From Cytophagales bacterium (GTDB lineage: Bacteria; Bacteroidota; Bacteroidia; Cytophagales; JAHDFW01), in assembly GCA_020627945.1 (NCBI GenBank), contig JAHDFW010000003.1, positions 7,599 through 71,598 on the forward strand: 64,000 nt of DNA, read 5' to 3'. The notes beneath the pieces were generated by a model, which worked only from the letters and a program-made list of their open reading frames with translations, was not told the origin of the DNA and made no database searches. The position numbers were made by a program, and so were the translations under genes. Shown here in pieces: positions 20,740 to 30,609 of the stretch. Positions within the stretch are counted from its first letter, which is position 1. Every line of letters starts with the position of its first letter.

Positions 20740-22338
20740 ATGAATAAGTATATTTTACTTCTTTTCGGGGCTCTAGTACTATTTGCGAGTCCGGTATTTT
20801 CTAAATCCAATGCTATTAGTTCTGATCAACACGAGGTAGCAAACAACAATTCTGAAAATGTTTCTGGGGAGTTAATCGCCATGAATACATTACAGGATGA
20901 AGGGGGTGTTTCTGCTGGTGAGGAAGAAGCTGGTCATGATGCTGATCATGGTCACCACGCAGAACCAGCAATTTGGTCCATTATTCCTTTTGTACTGTTA
21001 TTATTGCTTATTGCAACTGGTCCACTATTCTTTGAGCATTTTTGGCATAAAAATTACCCAATAGTTGCCATCGCTTTAGGTGCATTGGTAGTAATATATT
21101 ATATCTTCTTCTTACATGACCTCCATCACCCTATCCACGCATTAGCAGAATACGTATCATTTATTGCATTGATATCTTCGTTGTTTATTGCGTCTGGAGG
21201 TATACTTATTAAGATTGATAAGGAAGGTAAACCTATGGTTAACTTTATTTTGCTTGTGTTCGGTGCGTTAATAGCAAACATAATTGGTACTACTGGTGCA
21301 TCCATGTTGCTTATTAGACCGTTTATCCGATTAAACGAAAATCGCGTAAAGCCTTACCACATTGTATTCTTTATTTTCATGGTAAGTAATGTAGGTGGGT
21401 GTCTTACTCCTATTGGTGATCCTCCATTATTCCTTGGATTCTTAAAAGGAGTTGAGTTTTTCTGGACTGTAGAGCACGTTTGGATGCATTGGATTGTGGG
21501 CATTGGACTTTTAGGTCTAATCTTCGTATTCATTGACCGTCGTAATAAAGCTGACTACGATGGTCCTGATTCTCAAATTCAATATTCTGGTAAAATCACC
21601 ATGAAAGGTGCAAGAAACATCCTTTGGTTAGCCGTTGTAATTGGATCTGTATTCCTTGATCCTAACAAGCTTGGTTGGTTGCCAGGAATTATTCAACTAG
21701 ATAATGGTGAAGTATTATTTGGTATTACTGACAACTTAACGGAAGCACAAAACCTTGGGGCAACCAAATTTAGTGTTGTTAGGGAAATAATAATGTTTAC
21801 CGTAGCTATTCTTGCATATAAAACTGCAGACAAAGAATGCTTAAAAGGAAACGAATTCGATTTTGAACCTGTAAAAGAAGTTGCATATATTTTCATCGGT
21901 ATTTTTGCCACCATGATGCCTGCACTTCAGTTGGTAGGAACTTTTGCTACAAACAATGGTTCAATGATTACTGTAGATACATTATACTGGGCTACAGGTG
22001 CTCTTTCTGGAGTTCTTGATAACGCTCCTACTTATTTGAATTTCCTTGCTGCAGGTATGGGTAAAGCTGGTTTAGATATTGGTATTCCTGCTGACGTACA
22101 GTCCTACATGACTGGTGATGGAACGAGTTGGGAATTATTAGCTATTTCGGTTGCTTCAGTATTCTTTGGTGCAATGACCTATATTGGTAATGCTCCAAAC
22201 TTTATGGTAAAATCTATTGCTGAACAAACTGGTATTAAAATGCCTGCATTTGTTAGCTATGTAGTTAAATATTCAGTTCCAATCCTATTGCCAGTTTTAG
22301 CAATTGTTTGGTTGATATTCTTTGTTCTTCTTCGATAG
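20740..22338 (+). CDS. nhaD: NhaD-like sodium:proton antiporter (ArsB/NhaD superfamily)
   Basis: Multiple TM segments with IGTTGASMLLIRPFIR, FIFMVSNVGGCLTPIGDPPLFLGFLKGV, SGVLDNAPTYLNF and MTYIGNAPNFMVKSI. Confidence 0.88.
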   Translation: MNKYILLLFGALVLFASPVFSKSNAISSDQHEVANNNSENVSGELIAMNTLQDEGGVSAGEEEAGHDADHGHHAEPAIWSIIPFVLLLLLIATGPLFFEHFWHKNYPIVAIALGALVVIYYIFFLHDLHHPIHALAEYVSFIALISSLFIASGGILIKIDKEGKPMVNFILLVFGALIANIIGTTGASMLLIRPFIRLNENRVKPYHIVFFIFMVSNVGGCLTPIGDPPLFLGFLKGVEFFWTVEHVWMHWIVGIGLLGLIFVFIDRRNKADYDGPDSQIQYSGKITMKGARNILWLAVVIGSVFLDPNKLGWLPGIIQLDNGEVLFGITDNLTEAQNLGATKFSVVREIIMFTVAILAYKTADKECLKGNEFDFEPVKEVAYIFIGIFATMMPALQLVGTFATNNGSMITVDTLYWATGALSGVLDNAPTYLNFLAAGMGKAGLDIGIPADVQSYMTGDGTSWELLAISVASVFFGAMTYIGNAPNFMVKSIAEQTGIKMPAFVSYVVKYSVPILLPVLAIVWLIFFVLLR

Positions 22339-22356
22339 AACACTAAAACAGAATTG

Positions 22357-22388
22357 AAAGCGAAGCTCAAAAGGCTTCGCTTTTTTTA
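22357..22388 (+). terminator. Rho-independent terminator after the NhaD-like gene
   Basis: AAAGCGAAGC-tcaaaag-GCTTCGCTTT followed by TTTT. Confidence 0.85.
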
Positions 22389-22446
22389 TGTCCATAGTGT
22401 AACAATTCTAAAACCTTGGAGTTATATAAGAAATAAGAAACGCCTC

Positions 22447-23346
22447 ATGAATAATAAATGCACTAAAACTTTGACTCTTGGTATCATTGCCTGTGTTTTT
22501 GGTTTATCAAGCTGTCAATCACAATCCCCTGCTAATTCAAAACCTGAATCGGTTCAAACTCATTCTGAAAATCCTAATCAAGAAAAATCAGTTATAATAG
22601 ATAACGAAAGTGGGTTAAAATTATCTACACGTTTCACCCCTCCAAAAGACTATGTTCGTACTAACATTAGTTCAGACGGATTTGGCAACTACCTAAGGCA
22701 TCTTCCTTTAAAACCATTCGGTGTTGAAGCAAAACTATACAATGGTTCTACTATTCCTATGTACGGATACATTGGTGTAGTGGATTTACCAATTGGCAAA
22801 AAAGATCTTCACCAGTGTGCAGATGCCGTAATGCATCTTAGAGCACGATATTTTTACGAAAAAGAGCAACACGACTCAATTCAGTTCAATTTCACCAATG
22901 GTATGGCTGTCAATTATGGTAAATGGAAACAAGGTTATAGAATAAAAATTTCAGGAAATAATACCAGTTGGGTCAAACGAGCTTCGGCCGAATCTAATGA
23001 ATCTGTTTTTTGGAATTATCTTGAAATGATTTTCATGTATGCGGGAACATTATCTCTGTCCAAAGAGTTAAAAGCGAGAGATCCTCAAAAGATGCAAATT
23101 GGGGACGTGTTTATTCAAGGAGGAAGTCCAGGGCATGCCATAATTGTCCTTGATATGGCTGTAAATCCAAAAACGGGTAATAAAGTGTTCATGCTTGGCC
23201 AAAGTTATATGCCTGCTCGAGAAATTCAGGTTTTAATCAACCCAAATAATGCTTTAATAAGTCCTTGGTATGAATTAAATTCGTCAGACGATTTGCTTGA
23301 TACTCCAGATTGGACTTTCGATTGGTCGGATCTTAAACATTTTTAA
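22447..23346 (+). CDS. Lipoprotein of the DUF4846 type
   Basis: Lipobox-like GIIACVFGLSSCQS; TRFTPPKDYVR...SFGNYLRHLPLKPFG-type start and GSPGHAIIVLDMAVNPKTGNKVFMLGQSYMPAREIQVLINP. The ORF-track start at 22354 lies inside the terminator; ATG 22447 is more plausible. Confidence 0.78.
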   Translation: MNNKCTKTLTLGIIACVFGLSSCQSQSPANSKPESVQTHSENPNQEKSVIIDNESGLKLSTRFTPPKDYVRTNISSDGFGNYLRHLPLKPFGVEAKLYNGSTIPMYGYIGVVDLPIGKKDLHQCADAVMHLRARYFYEKEQHDSIQFNFTNGMAVNYGKWKQGYRIKISGNNTSWVKRASAESNESVFWNYLEMIFMYAGTLSLSKELKARDPQKMQIGDVFIQGGSPGHAIIVLDMAVNPKTGNKVFMLGQSYMPAREIQVLINPNNALISPWYELNSSDDLLDTPDWTFDWSDLKHF

Positions 23347-23352
23347 TGCACG

Positions 23353-24015
23353 ATGCTTAAAAAAATATTTAACGTTTTTAAAAAGATTGCTAAAAAGTCG
23401 TTTTTGGGACTTCTTATTTTAGTAAGCATGGTACTGATGTCCAACATTTGGATAACTCAAAGCACCAAAAAGCAAATATTTGATTCTGTAGAGGCAATTC
23501 CTATCAACGATGTTGGGTTAGTTCTTGGAACTAGTAAAAGAACCAGAAGAAACACAGTTAATTACTATTTTAAAAATCGCATGGAGGCTGCGGCTAAACT
23601 TTATCATGCAGGAAAAATTAAACACATTCTGGTAAGTGGAGATAATCATACGATTTACTATGATGAAGCTACTGACATGAAAAACTATCTGATTCAATTG
23701 GGAATACCTGCTAACAAAATCACCTTGGATTATGCTGGTTTTCGCACTTTAGATTCTGTTGTAAGAGCGAAAAAAGTTTTTGGACAGAAGAAGTTGACCA
23801 TTATTTCTCAGAATTTCCATAACCAACGAGCAGTATTTCTAGCCAATAAAAATAAAATAGACGCCATTGCCTTTGATGCAAAAGAGGTGTCATCGAATAT
23901 TGACAAAAAGACCAAATTTCGAGAGTATCTTGCTAAATTCAAGGCTGTATTAGACATTTACGTACTTTTCACAAAGCCAAAATTTCTTGGAAAGAAAATT
24001 GACATTACGGTCTGA
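23353..24015 (+). CDS. SanA/YdcF-like (DUF218/ElyC-type) membrane protein
   Basis: N-terminal TM; VGLVLGTSKRTRRNTVNYYFKNRMEAAAKLYHAGKIKHILVSGDN, then YDEATDMKNYLIQLGIPANKITLDYAGFRTLDSVVRA. Confidence 0.82.
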   Translation: MLKKIFNVFKKIAKKSFLGLLILVSMVLMSNIWITQSTKKQIFDSVEAIPINDVGLVLGTSKRTRRNTVNYYFKNRMEAAAKLYHAGKIKHILVSGDNHTIYYDEATDMKNYLIQLGIPANKITLDYAGFRTLDSVVRAKKVFGQKKLTIISQNFHNQRAVFLANKNKIDAIAFDAKEVSSNIDKKTKFREYLAKFKAVLDIYVLFTKPKFLGKKIDITV

Positions 24016-24050
24016 TTTAAATTAGGAATCTAGCCAATCTTTGTTAATTC

Positions 24051-24081
24051 TTTTGTTATACCACAAATCCCCTTAAATTTG
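24051..24081 (+). promoter_or_regulatory. Putative Bacteroidota promoter for lpdA
   Basis: TTTTG-N18-TAAATTTG fits the -33 TTTG / -7 TAnnTTTG consensus, with the ATG about 64 nt downstream. Confidence 0.55.
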
Positions 24082-24144
24082 TCTGCCCATCGGATAACCG
24101 TATGGGTTTCTAAATGAAGGTTTAACAAAAGAACAATAAATATT

Positions 24145-25539
24145 ATGTCTGCAAAATACGACTTAATGGTAGTAGGAAGTGGCCCTGGAGGATATGTGGC
24201 TGCTATCCGAGCTTCTCAATTGGGATTGAAAGTTGCGGTGGTTGAGAAAGCTGAATTAGGAGGAATTTGCCTTAACTGGGGATGTATTCCAACCAAAGCG
24301 CTTCTAAAAAGTGCACAGGTTTTCGAATATATGAGCCACGCTGAAGATTTCGGAATTTCTGTTTCTAACGCTAAAGTAGAATTTGATAAGGTTGTCAAAA
24401 GAAGCCGTGACGTTGCAGGTGGAATGAGTAACGGAATTCAGTACTTGTTCAAGAAAAACAAAATTGAGGTAGTCAAAGGTTTTGGTAAGGTGTTAGGTTC
24501 TAAGAAACTTGAAGTTACTGACGACAAGGGGAACAAAACTACCTATACTCCTGACCATATCATCCTTGCTACAGGTGCTCGTTCTAGAGAGTTGCCAAAT
24601 CTTCCTATTGATGGTAAGAAAATTATTGGTTACCGTGAGGCGATGTCTTTAGCTAAGCAACCAAAATCTATGATCGTAGTTGGATCAGGAGCTATTGGAG
24701 TTGAGTTTGCTTACTTTTACAATGCTATAGGTACAGATGTAACAATCGTAGAATATATGCCTAACATCGTTCCTGTTGAGGACGTAGATGTATCTAAACA
24801 ATTAGCTAGATCATTCAAAAAACAAGGAATCAATATAATGACTGATTCTTCTGTTGAGAAAGTAGATACTAAAGGAAGTAAATGCAAAGTAACTGTTAAA
24901 ACTAAGAAAGGAGAAGAGATTCTTGAGACTGACGTCGTACTTTCTGCAGTTGGAATCCAAACTAACCTTGAAGGAATAGGATTGGAAGAAGCTGGAATAA
25001 AACATGAAAAAGGTAAAGTTTTAGTTGACGAACACTACAAAACGAATGTACCGGGTGTGTATGCAATTGGAGATATTGTTCACGGACCTGCATTGGCTCA
25101 CGTAGCAAGTGCTGAAGGTATAATCTGTGTAGAACAAATTACGGGTCATAACCCAGAACCGTTAGATTACGGAAATATTCCTGGATGTACTTACTGTTCA
25201 CCAGAAGTTGCATCTGTTGGAATGACTGAGAAAGCTGCAAAAGAAGCTGGTTATGAAGTTAAGGTTGGTAAATTCCCATTCTCAGCATCTGGTAAAGCAA
25301 GTGCTGCAGGCCACAAAGATGGGTTTGTAAAAGTTATCTTTGATGCTAAATACGGTGAATGGTTAGGTTGCCACATGATTGGTTACAACGTAACTGAAAT
25401 GATTGCTGAAGCTGTTGTTGCTCGTAAACTAGAAACCACTGGACATGAAATAATTAAGTCTGTTCATCCTCACCCAACTATGAGTGAAGCTGTGATGGAA
25501 GCTGCCGCGGCTGCTTACGACGAAGTAATTCATATCTAG
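24145..25539 (+). CDS. lpdA: Dihydrolipoyl dehydrogenase
   Basis: FAD motif GSGPGGYVAAIRASQLG, redox-active GGICLNWGCIPTKALL, NAD motif VVGSGAIGVEFAYFYNAIG and C-terminal SVHPHPTMSEAVMEA. Confidence 0.97.
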   Translation: MSAKYDLMVVGSGPGGYVAAIRASQLGLKVAVVEKAELGGICLNWGCIPTKALLKSAQVFEYMSHAEDFGISVSNAKVEFDKVVKRSRDVAGGMSNGIQYLFKKNKIEVVKGFGKVLGSKKLEVTDDKGNKTTYTPDHIILATGARSRELPNLPIDGKKIIGYREAMSLAKQPKSMIVVGSGAIGVEFAYFYNAIGTDVTIVEYMPNIVPVEDVDVSKQLARSFKKQGINIMTDSSVEKVDTKGSKCKVTVKTKKGEEILETDVVLSAVGIQTNLEGIGLEEAGIKHEKGKVLVDEHYKTNVPGVYAIGDIVHGPALAHVASAEGIICVEQITGHNPEPLDYGNIPGCTYCSPEVASVGMTEKAAKEAGYEVKVGKFPFSASGKASAAGHKDGFVKVIFDAKYGEWLGCHMIGYNVTEMIAEAVVARKLETTGHEIIKSVHPHPTMSEAVMEAAAAAYDEVIHI

Positions 25540-25565
25540 GGTACAGGTAAAATTATATACGTATT

Positions 25566-25603
25566 AAAAGGCTGATTCATTAAGAGTCAGCCTTTTCGTT
25601 TTT
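25566..25603 (+). terminator. Rho-independent terminator after lpdA
   Basis: AAAAGGCTGA-N11-TCAGCCTTTT followed by a T-rich run. Confidence 0.8.
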
Positions 25604-25680
25604 AAAGCCTCAATTTATTTAACGTGATTTCGGGATAATAATTTTGTCAGAGTTCTTATTTCGAACTCACGTTATTTTAT

Positions 25681-27018
25681 CTAATAAGGCTTTATATACG
25701 CCCACTCTACAAAGGTAAATTTCTTCTTATCTTTTCGATTGTGCTTAACATCATAAGCCTTATCGTGCTTAAGAATAGCTACTATTGGATATTGCTCCTT
25801 ATACAAAATAGGCTTTCTTCTTTTAGGCTTTAACAGGATTCTAGCCGAAGGAGAGTCTTTGTTATCTTTGTATAGCCTAGTTTTATAAAACGACTGATCT
25901 CCTTGCAAAAATGCTTTACCATCGATAAAGGCTAATTTGTTCTTCTTAATCTTAGTTTTGGACATATTCATAGGAAGTAGATAGAAATACTCTTCGTAAT
26001 AACTACTTATATGAGCATCGTTATACGATTCCCCTTTAATCTTTATAAAAAACGAACCCGAACCTTCATCATAAGAGTCTTTTGATACAATGGAAAATGG
26101 AAGTTCTGGTACGAAAGGATTCCATCTTCCTTTAATAAGTTTAAATCTACTTAGTCGCAAACACACCACAACAATGATAAAGCCATTCATTAGCAGCCCG
26201 GATAAAAGCGTACCTATCGCTCTCATTTTACCTTCAGTGAACATAACCAATATCACTTGAGTCAGAAGTACTATCGCATAATACATCAACAACCTTTCAG
26301 AAACTCTCCTTGAGTTAATGACACGTTTATATGTGAAGTAATTGGAGTTATTTAGACAGTTGTTGAGGATTACCATAAAGAATGATAACGTAGCCATAAA
26401 GTAAACTAGCATCACCAAGTAACCCAAGATTCCAAACGCTTCGTGGATTAAAAGGAAATCGTAAATACCATGAGACAAACTAGCCAGAAAGAAGAACAGA
26501 GGTATTACCCAAATGCCATGTTGCTTGGATCGATACTTAAACAACACTATTCCGTAACCTATTAAGGCGGTATCGAACATATGTCCTACTGTAGATAGTA
26601 TCGCTCTACCTTCAATAATCTCAGCACCGTGTCTATCAAAATACATTACGTTTTCTATTGCTGAAAAGCCCAAAGCAGCTGTACAGAAAAATGAAACATA
26701 GTCGATAGGGTCCGTAAAAAGCTTTTTCCTAAAGAGAAGTACTAACAAGAACGGTGTCGATTTGGCAAATTCCTCTAACATTCCAATTCCGAAAGTGCAA
26801 TACAAAAAGTCATTAATAAAACCTCCGTTTATATCCCACCCTGTATCATCCAAAAACCAATCATGTATTCCGAGTACAAGTTGAGTGGAACACCCCCCTA
26901 AAGCAAAGGCAAGAATAAAAAACCAAACACTCTCTCGGTCATAAACATCAATTAGACGGTAATAATCTACCCAAATCCATGCAATGAAAAACGCAACTAC
27001 TATGTACACCAAAATCAT
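25681..27018 (-). CDS. PrsW-family intramembrane metalloprotease-like membrane protein
   Basis: FLYCTFGIGMLEEFAKSTPFLLVLLF, DPIDYVSFFCTAALGFSAIENVMY, and SHGIYDFLLI (EExxK / ExxxN / H motifs of the PrsW family). MILVYIVV at 27018 is the likely start. Confidence 0.85.
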   Translation of the reverse strand: MILVYIVVAFFIAWIWVDYYRLIDVYDRESVWFFILAFALGGCSTQLVLGIHDWFLDDTGWDINGGFINDFLYCTFGIGMLEEFAKSTPFLLVLLFRKKLFTDPIDYVSFFCTAALGFSAIENVMYFDRHGAEIIEGRAILSTVGHMFDTALIGYGIVLFKYRSKQHGIWVIPLFFFLASLSHGIYDFLLIHEAFGILGYLVMLVYFMATLSFFMVILNNCLNNSNYFTYKRVINSRRVSERLLMYYAIVLLTQVILVMFTEGKMRAIGTLLSGLLMNGFIIVVVCLRLSRFKLIKGRWNPFVPELPFSIVSKDSYDEGSGSFFIKIKGESYNDAHISSYYEEYFYLLPMNMSKTKIKKNKLAFIDGKAFLQGDQSFYKTRLYKDNKDSPSARILLKPKRRKPILYKEQYPIVAILKHDKAYDVKHNRKDKKKFTFVEWAYIKPY

Positions 27019-27081
27019 ATAAGGCACAATATAACAACTAAATTGAAAATAGTAGAGGTTGGACCCGAGCAATATACTTAC

Positions 27082-27112
27082 TTGCAAATTTGCATTAGAT
27101 TGAATACATTTG
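27082..27112 (+). promoter_or_regulatory. Possible promoter for the dioxygenase-like gene
   Basis: TTG-N20-TACATTTG, immediately upstream of ATG 27127. If real, this implies a very short 5' UTR. Confidence 0.35.
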
Positions 27113-27126
27113 TTTAAACAAATATT

Positions 27127-28008
27127 TTGAATAGAAGAAAAGCCATACAATTAATTACCTCTTTTACTGGAGGGTTATTCATGAATCAAATATCAGAAGC
27201 ATCTAACTTCCTCAATGGCCTACCAAAAATGGATTATACGTTTCCAATTCTTTTTATGGGGCATGGCAACCCTATGAATGCTGTCGAGGACAATAGTTTT
27301 ACCCGAGGTTGGGCAAATGCCGTGAAAAACCTACCAACACCAAAAGCAATCGTCTGTATTTCAGCACACTGGGAAACAAAAGGAACTAAGGTTACAGCAA
27401 TGGAGCAACCTAAGATGATTTATGATATGTATGGTTTTCCTCAACATCTCTATGAGGTAAAATATAATGCTCCTGGCCACCCTATGTTGGCACAAGAAAT
27501 TAAGAATAACGTCACTTCAACTAATATAAACTTAGATCATGATTGGGGGTTCGATCATGGAACTTGGTCTGTATTAGTCAAAATGTTCCCAGAAGCGAAT
27601 ATTCCATGTATTCAGTTAAGTTTAGATCGAACTAGGGATCTCAATTATCATTATCAGCTAGCTCAAGAGTTGCAAAAATTCCGCAACAAGGGAGTTTTGT
27701 TTGTCGCTAGTGGCAACATTGTCCATAACCTTCGAGTTATTATGCGTACTGGTAATAAATCTACCGATTGGGCACAGGAATTTGATCAAAAAATTGCTTC
27801 CTTAATCACTGACGGAAATCATACTCCAATTATAAATTATAAAAAACTAGGTCAAGCGGCTGAACTAAGTGTGAATTCGGCTGAGCATTACATACCTCTT
27901 ATTTATGCTCTTGGATTGAGGAAAAGGAACGAAGAGGCCTCCTTTTTCAACCATAATCAATATCAGGATTTGATGAGTATGGGAATGCGTTGCGTAAGAA
28001 TTGGTTAA
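27127..28008 (+). CDS. ygiD: 4,5-DOPA dioxygenase extradiol-like protein (DODA/YgiD family)
   Basis: PILFMGHGNPMNAVEDNSFTRGW, ISAHWETKGTKVT, PGHPMLAQEI, DHGTWSVLVKMFPEANIP and VLFVASGNIVHNL. Confidence 0.92.
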   Translation: MNRRKAIQLITSFTGGLFMNQISEASNFLNGLPKMDYTFPILFMGHGNPMNAVEDNSFTRGWANAVKNLPTPKAIVCISAHWETKGTKVTAMEQPKMIYDMYGFPQHLYEVKYNAPGHPMLAQEIKNNVTSTNINLDHDWGFDHGTWSVLVKMFPEANIPCIQLSLDRTRDLNYHYQLAQELQKFRNKGVLFVASGNIVHNLRVIMRTGNKSTDWAQEFDQKIASLITDGNHTPIINYKKLGQAAELSVNSAEHYIPLIYALGLRKRNEEASFFNHNQYQDLMSMGMRCVRIG

Positions 28009-28652
28009 TTAAAAACTCGCTTTCTACATACGTCGCATAAATTCAAATTCACAGCATCGATAGTACTAATTTTCTCTGCGGCTGAACGCATAAAACAACT
28101 TTGATCATTTTCACAATGTGACAAACCTAAATTATGCCCTATTTCATGCAACGCAACTTTTTTAAGTCTAAGTATTGTTTGGGTTTCATTCTTCCCGTTT
28201 AATCTAAAATCCGAAATCACGCACGATGGGCCGGGTCTATATCCTAACCCAAAAATACCCCAATCCAAATACTTACTTTTAGGTTCTTTAACTTGACCTA
28301 ATGGACCACGTTTAGTGGATGATATATCGTGACTTGTATAGGCTAAAATCAAATCTACACTATCCGGCTTAATGGATTTTAAATGTTTAATAATTGAATC
28401 TGCTCTGTATCTAGGACTTTTAATGTTCACAAAAAATTCCTTAGGCATAGGTTTAGGTTCATAAACCTCTACTTCAACTCCGTAATATTGTATTATTGCT
28501 TCTTTAACTTGGTTCAAGCGATCAGCATTATACTTACCTAAGCATTGAATTGCAATTCGCTGAGGTTTGGTAACCCTGTAAAAATAATAGTAGGACACTG
28601 CTCCAATTCCGCAGAATATTAACAATGCTATAATGAATAATAAGCGTTTCAT
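28005..28652 (-). CDS. Archaemetzincin/archaelysin-like zinc metallopeptidase with N-terminal TM/signal
   Basis: HEIGHNLGLSHCENDQSCFM-X17-CDVC closely follows the archaemetzincin motif HExxHxxGx3Cx4CxMx17CxxC. Confidence 0.85.
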   Translation of the reverse strand: MKRLLFIIALLIFCGIGAVSYYYFYRVTKPQRIAIQCLGKYNADRLNQVKEAIIQYYGVEVEVYEPKPMPKEFFVNIKSPRYRADSIIKHLKSIKPDSVDLILAYTSHDISSTKRGPLGQVKEPKSKYLDWGIFGLGYRPGPSCVISDFRLNGKNETQTILRLKKVALHEIGHNLGLSHCENDQSCFMRSAAEKISTIDAVNLNLCDVCRKRVFN

Positions 28653-28661
28653 TTATTTAAA

Positions 28662-30545
28662 TCAGCGAACAATCTGAAGATAACCTCTAAACATTTTATC
28701 CTGATTTACGTTAGCAAGATCGAAAAAGTAAGTACCGTCTGGCAAATCGTCCCCTGACCAACGATTATTATATTGATCTGCATTAAAGACCATTTTCCCC
28801 CACCTGTTATAAACTCTAATGTTCCAACGATCTGGCTGAATTCCAGTTATTGCAAACTCATCGTTCATCATATCTCCGTTAGGAGTGATGATATTGGGTA
28901 AGTAGAATGGCTTTTCAATTCGAATAGTATCTAAATGTGAATTTTTACATCCTGTGATAGAATTGATTGCAATAAGTTCAACTTCGTATTCAACTTGATT
29001 ACCAAATTCGGGTAAATGATATACGTGCATGGGGTTAATAAGATTAGAACTGTCTCCATCACCAAAATCCCAATGAAATTCATTCGCATTGGAAGAGTAG
29101 TTTAGAAAAAACACATCCAAATTGGTATAATCATCGTCATTCATATAGCTAAAATCAACTATAGGCAATGGCTGAATAACCACATTTATACTCCCATCGG
29201 TAGAACAACCCGTAAATTTATCGGTAACCGTATAACTTACTGACATACTTGTATCTGGTGAGGCAAAAGGTGAAGTACAATTGGAGCAACTTAATATGTC
29301 TAAATCATCCCAAACAATATCATAACCTAGTGATCCCACCGGGTTGTTTAATTGTACTTCCTCCCCTTTACATACAGGTTGATCGGGTAAATTAAACTCA
29401 AATTCTTCCTCAATTACGTGCACTGCTTTGAAAATTGGTGGGAGAGCAGGACAATAGTTCAACACGAAAATCTCTACAGTTTCACCAGGGTCCACCAAAC
29501 TATCTTCAAATGGTTGAATAATAAGTACTGCGCTATCTTGAAAAGCAGGTATTACAATCGAATCAGGTATTAAAGCATAATCAACTCCATTTTTAGCTGA
29601 TCCACCAATTAAATAGTTTACCACAACTGGTTGAGACATATCTTGAGTTTCGAGGCCAATTCTGTGAAAAACAAAATAGCCGTCATTACACCCTTCTAAT
29701 GCATTACCATATTGCTCATGTTCTAATGATGTGGTAATTTTTTCATCCGATCCCTTAAAACTTCCTGCTTCAAGAAAAATTCCTGAATCAAAAATTCCAT
29801 CACCTTCATCAGCAATTATTAGTTTTATATGATATTTTTCACAAGGTTGAACCTCTATTCTTGCTTCCAAAAGTCTGGTAAAACCATCATATTGCATAGG
29901 ACCCACAAAAGGCGGCAATGCTCCGTTTCCATTAGCTACATAATAATTGGTGTTAGTTAGATGATTTACCGTAGATACTGAAACTGGGCTTGTAGTACCT
30001 GGTATTAATGCAATATTTGTTGTGTCTGGGATTCCTGGTCCACTAATAAAAAATCCAAATACATCATGATAGCTTCCGACAAATTCTGGATACTCTTCAG
30101 AACCAAAAACGTAATTAAAAGAGAGTTGATTAGAGTAAATGGCAATATCAAACTCAACTTTACACACGTCATAAAAGCGCCCATCTGACAACGTCGTATC
30201 TATTAATTTCATTAAGTCCGGATCAAATTGCTCCTCCTCAACATTGTTGACCCCTCTCCCGGTTCCATTATTTGGACCCACCGCAATATCTGCTGCACCA
30301 GTAGTAAGTAGAAGTCCTTCGTTAAGTCCAGTAACACCACTGGTATCCTGATATCTACCATAGGGAATATCAGCGTCTGAATTACAATCTGTTGTAATAT
30401 TCGAAATTTCAAGTCCAGTTCCTTCCAATTCCGCTACTAACTGTTCAAGACTAACGTTATTTTGAATAACGATCTGTCCATTAACATGGAGTACAGGAAA
30501 AAGAATTCCTAACAGCAAACAATATTTAATCCAGCGGAACAACAT
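28662..30545 (-). CDS. Secreted choice-of-anchor-L / Calx-beta-like protein with gliding-motility-type (T9SS type B) C-terminal domain
   Basis: TTGAADIAVGPNN..., FNYVFGSEEYPEFVGSYHDVFGFFISGPG, PKD-like VDFSYMNDDDYTNLDVFFLNYSSNANEFHWDFGDG, and C-terminal LPNIITPNGDMMNDEF...IRVYNRWGKMVFNAD...LPDGTYFF. MLFRWIK at 30545 is the likely start. Confidence 0.88.
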   Translation of the reverse strand: MLFRWIKYCLLLGILFPVLHVNGQIVIQNNVSLEQLVAELEGTGLEISNITTDCNSDADIPYGRYQDTSGVTGLNEGLLLTTGAADIAVGPNNGTGRGVNNVEEEQFDPDLMKLIDTTLSDGRFYDVCKVEFDIAIYSNQLSFNYVFGSEEYPEFVGSYHDVFGFFISGPGIPDTTNIALIPGTTSPVSVSTVNHLTNTNYYVANGNGALPPFVGPMQYDGFTRLLEARIEVQPCEKYHIKLIIADEGDGIFDSGIFLEAGSFKGSDEKITTSLEHEQYGNALEGCNDGYFVFHRIGLETQDMSQPVVVNYLIGGSAKNGVDYALIPDSIVIPAFQDSAVLIIQPFEDSLVDPGETVEIFVLNYCPALPPIFKAVHVIEEEFEFNLPDQPVCKGEEVQLNNPVGSLGYDIVWDDLDILSCSNCTSPFASPDTSMSVSYTVTDKFTGCSTDGSINVVIQPLPIVDFSYMNDDDYTNLDVFFLNYSSNANEFHWDFGDGDSSNLINPMHVYHLPEFGNQVEYEVELIAINSITGCKNSHLDTIRIEKPFYLPNIITPNGDMMNDEFAITGIQPDRWNIRVYNRWGKMVFNADQYNNRWSGDDLPDGTYFFDLANVNQDKMFRGYLQIVR

Positions 30546-30609
30546 CAATAATGTAGAATCAACGTAAAAATTTAGGATTATTATACGCAAACTTTGTTAT
30601 TTTGTTCGA

